Source of the DNA: Eledone cirrhosa
Lineage: Eukaryota
Direction: 5' to 3'
Assembly (NCBI GenBank): GCA_964016885.1
Contig: OZ024743.1
Span: 338,148,001 to 338,212,000, forward strand
DNA length: 64,000 nt
Under the pieces are notes generated by a model. The model was given only the letters and a program-made list of their open reading frames with translations. It was not told where the DNA came from and ran no database searches. Below are positions 55,852 through 64,000 of this stretch, piece after piece. Position 1 is the stretch's first letter. Each line of letters starts with the position of its first letter. Made by a program: the position numbers and the translations under genes.

Positions 55852-55870
55852 TTTGATTGTGTGTGTGTGT
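54517..55870. repeat. ~20-24-bp minisatellite (gtgtacgYgtgattgtgtctgt)n derived from (GT)n
   Basis: Tandem units, about 1.35 kb. Confidence 0.95.
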
Positions 55871-56296
55871 GTGTGTGTGTGTAAAGAGAGTGAAAGGACT
55901 GAAGGATGAGATGGAGAAAGAAAAGGTGAGAGTGATAGAGAAAAAAGATAACTTTCTTTTTATTTGCCACCAGGGCATCAAAAAGTGGGAAAAGTACAGA
56001 TAGGTGGGTAGGTGGGTAGATAGGTGGGTAGATAGGTGGGTAGGTGGGTGGGTAGGTAGGTGGGTAGATAGATAGGTGGGTAGATAGATAGGTAGGTGGG
56101 TAGATAGGTGGGTATATAGGTGGGTAGATAGATAGGTAGGTGGGTAGATAGGTGGGTAATAATAGATGGATGAAATTGGTGGATACAGAGATAAGGGAGG
56201 CAACCCAAAACAAAAGTTCATATATCAATGTCTTTTTTCTTTCAATTTTTTTTGTTTTTGTATTACATTTTTGTTCTTCATCTTTATTTTATCATC

Positions 56297-56344
<48 letters not shown>

Positions 56345-56363
56345 GGGGGGTGTATACATTTAG

Positions 56364-56407
<44 letters not shown>

Positions 56408-56848
56408 GCATGCATATATACATGTATGCATACATGTATGTATACATGTATGTGTATATATATACATACATATATATATATATATATACATGCATGCATA
56501 CATACATACATTAAACTTTCAATTTACCTGTGTTTGCATGTAGGTGTTTAGCATTTAAAATAAGCTGGCTGGGGTGAGTGTCTGGGTTAGCTGCATTTTA
56601 TGTACAAGGCAATGGAAACAAGAGGCAGTAGCAGCAACAACAGCAACAACAGCAACAATAACAGCAACGATAACAACAATAAAGGCAATCAGTCATTGAA
56701 TGAAATAATAATATTTTTAAAAAAAAGAAGAAAGATTTGGTTTCTTTCTTTTATGTCTTTTCATATCTTTTTGTCGTGAAAATAAATATATTAGAAAATA
56801 TATAAAAAATGTTTTAAATGAGGATGCACTCTCAAGGTGCACTTATAC

Positions 56849-56881
<33 letters not shown>

Positions 56882-57039
56882 GGTTGAAGGAGAATCAAAC
56901 GTAACTGCTTCGTTTTCTCATATATATGTAGTGTATATATGTACATATATATATATATATATATTATTATACAGTGTATATATATATATTGTTATATAGT
57001 GTATATATATATGTGTGTGTGTGTGTGTGTATTGTTATA

Positions 57040-57089
57040 TAGTGTATATATATATATAGTATGTGTATATATATCTAAATAGTGTATAT

Positions 57090-57127
<38 letters not shown>

Positions 57128-57697
57128 CGTATATATATCTAAATAGTGTATATATATATATATATATATATATACGTATATATATCTAAATAGTGTATAT
57201 ATATATATATATATATATACGTATATATATCTAAATAGTGTATATATATATATATATACGTATATATATATATATACGTATATATATATATATATATATA
57301 TATACGTATATATATATATATATATATATATACGTATATATATATATATATATATATACGTATATATATATACGTATATATATATATATATATATATATA
57401 CGTATATATATATATATATATATATATACGTATATATATATATATATATATATATACGTATATATATATATACGTATATATATATATATACGTATATATA
57501 TATATATACGTATATATATATATATATACGTATATATATATATATATATATATATACGTATATATATATATATATATATACGTATATATATATATATACG
57601 TATATATATATATATATATATATATACGTATATATATATATATACGTATATATATATATATATATATACGTATATATATATATATATATATATATAC

Positions 57698-57735
<38 letters not shown>

Positions 57736-57763
57736 GTATATATATATATATATATATATATAC

Positions 57764-57799
<36 letters not shown>

Positions 57800-57821
57800 G
57801 TATATATATATATATATATAC

Positions 57822-57853
<32 letters not shown>

Positions 57854-57858
57854 GTATA
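57040..57858. repeat. (TA)n array periodically interrupted by CG
   Basis: (ta)n-cg higher-order units. Confidence 0.95.
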
Positions 57859-59282
57859 TCTGTTAGAACACGAAAAGTGTGAAACAACAGAATGTTCACT
57901 TTTCGTGTTCTAACATATATGCCTAGCTTCTTTAAAAAATTTTCGGGGATAGCCGTGGTGGTGGTGATCGTATGTCATTGGCTAATTTTCAACCAATCAG
58001 AGTACCTCTCTCTATATCTCTTCCACTGTTACTTACGCCTGTTTCTCTCTATCTGTTCCGTCTCTATATATATATGTTACTCTTTCGCTTTGCACTCCTC
58101 CCCTTCAATACCATCTCTCCCCCTCTCTATATATTTGTTACTCTATCGCTGCACGCTCCTCTCCTTCAATATATCAATTACACACGCTTTACACTCCTTT
58201 ATCCCCAGCGCCCCTATATATACACCCCCCCTCTCCCGCATCTATATTTTAATGTACCGTTGCACCGTGAATATATGTGTCTATATATATATACATATAT
58301 ATTGTATATACACATTCATGTATGTGTATACACACTCATGTATGTATATACACTGGTTTTATGTGTGTATTGTAAATTTGTACTGTTAAAACACGAAACT
58401 AACATTCGATTGACACTTTGATTACCTGTACAGGCAATAGTTATTAGAATGCTGTTGAAGTGTGTATATATTTTTGGGGGACATCCTGTATATACACACA
58501 TTATATATAATACAATAAACAGATAAATACACACATATATATATGAGCTTATTTAATTATAAATATTGTGAATTTTTAACTCAGTTCAATTATATATATA
58601 AATGGCTTCTACAGGACTAGAACTGTTTCATTCGAAAGAAATCATCATAATATTGAGAGGGGGGACTAGATAAAATATTTCAAATCAAATGTGTATAAGT
58701 TATAAGTTAAAATGTATAAATAGAGACGATAGTGGAGGTATATCTGTTTAGTGGAACAGTAGACGATAGAATTAAATACAGACGATAATCTCCCTTTAAT
58801 GAAACAGCAGACGATAGAATTAAGGCAATTTAAATTTTAAGCATTTGCATTTTTGCCTTTCATCGTTACGGGGTCGATAAAATAAAGTACCAGTAATACA
58901 CTGTCACTAGACGACTTTCAAATTGAATTGTTGGTTCCATTTCTTTAGTATTTTCAATTGTAGTTATCTACTTAAAAAGCGTTACACGGTTAGAGACATA
59001 ATTCGTAAGTTATCTTCCCTATTAAACCATTGCATTATTTCGCCTACAATAGAACAAAAATGAAATGTTCTTTAAAGAAACAGGAATATAACTTTATAAA
59101 AAAAAAAGTTGCATCCGCTTCTTTTATCATTGATAATTTTTTCGTTTTAATATTAATTGTTTTTTGTAGTTGTTTATATTAAAAATCTTACTGTAATATT
59201 TACTTAAACGAAGGCAAACATCTAAACTTATAGATTAATCTTGAGCGAAGGACTAGATAAATCTCTCTCTCTCTCTCTCTCC

Positions 59283-59318
<36 letters not shown>

Positions 59319-60432
59319 GAAGAATGATAAAATTTCAAGCAAAGAGTTTAATTAGGTATATTTTGTAATATTATTAACTAATTATTATAATTAACGCGCA
59401 TATTTTGCTATCCTCAAACACGTTTACACATGGCATGAAATATAACTAATCCGAGATGGCTAGGTTTCATCTTCTAACTGGATATACGAAATCCATTATG
59501 TCTTGACAACAACATGAGGTAACATTATGTTATTCACAGACACACTTTGTACACTGTTCCATATCAGAATGTATTTCCTTCGTCACATTCACAAACAGTA
59601 TTGAAAATATGTTCTTCGGCAAATAAAAATGTTTTGTTCATAATATTTCAACTAGCGATTGCTCTACTCCACGCACGACCACCATAAATTAATGACCAGC
59701 TCAACACATGTATTGGTAGAGCGTCAGACACCATGCTTTGCAGTATTGTTATGGTCCTTTGCATTCTAAGTTCAAATCCTGCCGAGGTTAACTTCGACTT
59801 TCATACTTACTAATTCGATAAAATAAAGTACCAGTAATGGACTGCCGTAATGGATTTGTGCCGAAAAATAGAAACACTATTAATGTGCAATAAGAGCAAA
59901 ATATAACGACATTGCTCAATTATTTTATCTAATGTTGTAATAACACAAGGAAATGTTGTTTGTGTATTTTTTTTTATATTTGCTCATAGGCTTTTACAAT
60001 TTCGCTCAGCCAACAACTATTAAAAAGTGAGTTGCTTAAGATAACAATTTAATCACAAATTGTTGCTATCTTTTAATACACTCCAACAAGTCATCAAATT
60101 ATGTACAATAAAAACAAATCTTATTAATTTGCTCAGGGAATATAAAGAAAATGTACATACACTGATAATTGCAATTGTATGTAAATATTTTGTTTTTGTA
60201 TTGTATATTTTATGTTTTCTATTATGTATAATATATTGATTTAATATTGATTGTTTTTTGTAGTTGTTTATATTAAAAGTCTGAAAATATTTGTATACAT
60301 CTTACACTAATATTTATAAGATAATTTATAATAACAATTACATAATCTAATTACATTACAACGATAATTTATTATTAATATATATCCTGTTTAACTAGAG
60401 TTATTACAAGCGTTGCCTTAAAAAAATATTAA

Positions 60433-61389
60433 ACTAGACATGAAAAATGCGCAAGCTCAAAAGTGCCACAGAATGTTATAATAAACCTTCAAAAGTGTGG
60501 GACTAGAGTTGTTGCTAAAAAATATTGTAATCATTATATATCGTACATTCTGTGGCATCCTTTATAAAAATAGCTTAAACCAACGAAGCCTTTATTTTTA
60601 CGCTATTTCACTTAGTTAATTCTTAGAGTGTAACATATAAAAATAAATACATCTATGTTTAATGTAATAACAGCTATAAATAATTACGTAATATTATTAT
60701 CATATACTCATAGTAACAAAATAATTGTGTTGAAACTTAATATGATGCTTATATGAACGATCAAATCTATAATGATAATTTCTTAAATATACTAATAGTA
60801 AAATAATTTAGTTATCTATTGTTACATTTTCATAGAACTATAATATTAACAATCGTATTGCATTATCAAATTTTTATCACTACAAACTTTCATATTGGAA
60901 TTACCTTAAGCCACTTATTATTACTTCGCTTTCGTACTTTTACAGCTGTAGATATTGCGCTGTATCTTATATCTAATATCAATATCTCGTGGTAATTTGC
61001 ATGAAGTGTAAAATAGGTTTATTAATAACTTTAATATGAAATGTATTATACAGGGCTGCGGAGTCGGCCAAAAATTGACTGGCTCCAACTCAGGATCCGA
61101 TACTCCATTATTTCCTAAATTTCAGCTCCGCAGCTCTGTTATTATATTAATTAATTTATTTTATAGTTGTAAATCATATTTTTATATGTTACACTCTAAG
61201 AATTAACTAAGTGAAATAGCGTAAAAATAAAGGCTTCGTTGGTTTAAGCTATTTTTATAAAGGATGCCACAGAATGTACGATATATAATGATTACAATAT
61301 TTTTTAGCAACAACTCTAGTCCCACACTTTTGAAGGTTTATTATAACATTCTGTGGCACTTTTGAGCTTGCGCATTTTTCATGTCTAGT
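60433..61389. repeat. 213-bp essentially perfect inverted repeat (60433-60645 / 61177-61389)
   Basis: Arms read as exact reverse complements by eye; ends ACTAG / CTAGT. Confidence 0.92.
61051..61138. mobile_element. Tiny hAT-like MITE
   Basis: TIR cagggctgcggag / ctccgcagctctg; 8-bp flanks gtattata / ttattata. Confidence 0.65.
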
Positions 61390-61760
61390 ATATGATGGAG
61401 ATAGTGTTTTATGTATATAGAAAGCTCAAACATTAACTGGATGAGCAGAAGATAAGATTTATTTTCCGAAAGAAAAAGAAAGGATAGTTGATAGCAGATA
61501 CGTGGAGGTTTGGGCTGTCTTTCCAGAGTGAAGGAGTGATGCCGAAACTTGGAAGTCACTACCGGCTTTATCTTCTCATATATATGTTTGTGTGTATCAT
61601 GATTCATACACTGACCGTTGTACATTATTCTAAGTACCAGTAATGCACTAGGTAATTTCTGCTGGCCTTGTGCCTAAAGTAGAAACAATTATTCTATATA
61701 CTATACATGCACTTTTGATGAGTTGCAGTGCACCTGAGCACAGTACACAATGATTTTCAT

Positions 61761-61840
<80 letters not shown>

Positions 61841-61974
61841 GTCTATATGCTCACACAGTCATGGAGAACCATACATATGTTCTGAGCTCAATCCTAGATT
61901 AGTCTTTATTTAAAAAGATTAAAATATCAGATAAATAAATAAATAAAATAAATAAATAAATAATGATTTTTTTT

Positions 61975-62320
61975 AATTTAGACACAAGGCCAACAATTTG
62001 AGGGTGAGGGGAAAGTCGATTAAATCGACCTCTCTGCATTATTGGTATTTTATTTTATCGACCCCGTAAGGATGAAAGGCAAAGCTTAACCTCGGCGGGA
62101 TTTAAAATCAAAACGTAAAGGGACGTAAATATAAATAATTGTCTCTACTTTAGGCACAAGGCCAGCAATTACCCAGTGCATTACTGGTACTTTATTTTAT
62201 CGACCCCGTAAGGATGAAAGGCAAAGTCAACCTCGGCGGGATTTGAACTCAGATCGTAAAGGGACGTAACTATGCTGGAAAGCATGGCGTCCGACCCTCT
62301 ACTGATACTGCCAATCCACC
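61975..62320 (-). mobile_element. Two tandem SINE copies (partial, then near full length with TSD ataaataat)
   Basis: Same consensus. Older copies occur throughout, e.g. ~7220-7380, 10305-10475, 17160-17370, 25910-26120, 30825-31100, 59715-59875. Confidence 0.85.
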
Positions 62321-62936
62321 ATAAATAATAAAACTTCATGCGTGTGTAGAAAATAGGGGAGAGGTGTGAGGAGAACATTTATGTAAGGACGGAAGGGGGG
62401 GGTAGAAGTCCACCAATAGCAGAGGTCCAGTATAGAGTACTTCAAAATGTCTACCGCAATATTAACCCTTGTCAGAGCAAACCACATGAAACTACACTTG
62501 TTTCTACGATACAAAACAGTTTATTTTAAAATGTTTGTATTTATCTAACAAAAAAAAAAACCTTCCAGCATAGTTTTATGTCAAAACCTTTGTTCCAAAC
62601 TCTAGTTTAATAGCGAGAAATGTTTTCATATTACTAGTTTTTGATCATTTTCAAAATAAAAAGTAATGTCTTTCATTGAATATATAATTTTATGTAAAAA
62701 CCTTTATTAAGTTATGCTCCAAACACCCGCTTAATAACGAGAAAAAAATATAGTTATATTACTAAATTCCTTCGAATTCTTGATTATTTTCAAAATTATT
62801 TGATAATCGGAGAGTAGAAATATGGTTAAGAAAAGAATTTTGTCTAATCTGATTCATTTTTACTACAAAATGTTTGTCACTGCTGGTGGCTCACCTTACA
62901 ACGTATCAGGCGATGCCATGGGGGTACTTGTTTATT

Positions 62937-62994
62937 CCAGCACCTTAGCTTCGCTATCACCCGTGGCAACGCTGCGAGTGTGTTGGTTTGCCAC
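62937..62994 (-). ncRNA. Candidate HDV-like ribozyme
   Basis: Minus strand: GTGGCAA-a-CCAACA-CAC-tcgca-GCG-TTGCCAC-gg...-CTAAGG-TGCTGG, matching the nested P1/P2/P3 order. Confidence 0.55.
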
Positions 62995-64000
62995 ATAAAT
63001 TATTAGAGGGGAGCTCCAGCGCTTATTGTTGTGGTGTGACTGAGTGCACGAATTTTCTCCCCCTTTTTCTTTTCTTTAATGATTATATATATATACACAC
63101 ATATACATATTCGTAGAATACTAAGAACTCGCAAAAGTGATAGAAATAAAGAAGAAAAGGAAGAAAATGGATGAGAGAAGATCACACAAACATTTATATA
63201 AATTCATCAGCTTTTAGATTGGTTGCGGTTTCAACGATTTAACTGAAAGTACCACGTAAAATTGACGGTTCGTGCAACAGAGAAATAATTGTTTCTGTCG
63301 GTATGATGTCTGTGTGAGAAACAAACAAATTATATATTTATACACACACACACACACACCAAGTATTTACTGTGAAGTATATAGTCGAAACTCCTAAAAA
63401 CTGTGTACAAATAGACAAGTGGTGACAAGTGATAAGATATTTAAATGTATATTTATAACTTTTCGTCCATTTCATGTCGATAACAAAACTGAATCAATGA
63501 GCCATGAAAAATGCTATTTTTTTTTTTTTTGTACCGCCAATGTGAAGATATAATAGAGGTAGTGGCTTTAATGATATTGTTGGTATAGGGATGGTGTTTG
63601 CGGTGGTAGTCGCTGTGGTGGTGGTGGTGGTGGTGTGATGACATTATTTGTGGTGGGGATGGTGGCTTAAATAGTGTCCGTGATAGTAGTAGTAGCAGTA
63701 GTGGTGGCGGTGGTGGTGACATAAATCCTGTTGATGGTGGTAATGGTAGTAGCATAAGTGGTGTATCTTGTGTTGTCATAGATAGTAATGGTGGTGGTGG
63801 AGACAGCAAGAAATTTTATAAAAGGCATTCCAGCCATGACCGTCTCGTCTTGGGCTTTATAAAACTGGCGGAGCCCCATCCTCTCTCCAGCCGATTTCTT
63901 CAAGTAAGTGTGAAGATATAGAGGAGAATTCAACCTCAGTATTTGACTGGTACTTTTTTTATCGATCTCAAGAGGATGAAAGGCAAGGTTGACCTCGGCC

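Noticed and set aside
55998-56160. G-quadruplex-prone GGGTAGATAGGT tract
   Set aside because: Simple degenerate tetranucleotide repeat with no evidence of function.
54443-56221. 592-aa His/Thr-rich ORF
   Set aside because: Translation of the minisatellite and adjacent microsatellites; no splice or compositional support.

Overview
AT-rich, microsatellite-dense animal genomic DNA; the SINE families and the protein point to an octopod cephalopod (inference). The one clear protein-coding gene is a + strand paramyosin: 14 exons from 12311 to 26466 with canonical GT-AG sites and consistent phases, 827 codons plus stop. Its N-terminal start exon is not visible, but a candidate extra 66-nt head exon lies at 7987-8052. 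Almost all long ORFs in the supplied track are microsatellite artefacts. The rest is repeat-derived: tRNA-derived MetaSINE-type and Nin/Deu-type SINEs, an R4/Dong-like LINE 3' fragment, non-autonomous Helitrons, MITEs, a minisatellite and long inverted repeats. The most striking signal is catalytic RNA: about 8 well-formed and about 6 degenerate minimal type-I hammerhead ribozymes in short, mostly (TA)n-embedded Penelope-like/retrozyme-like units, those in paramyosin introns all sense-oriented, plus a candidate HDV-like ribozyme near 62.9 kb. All calls were made by eye; no alignment or folding was run.
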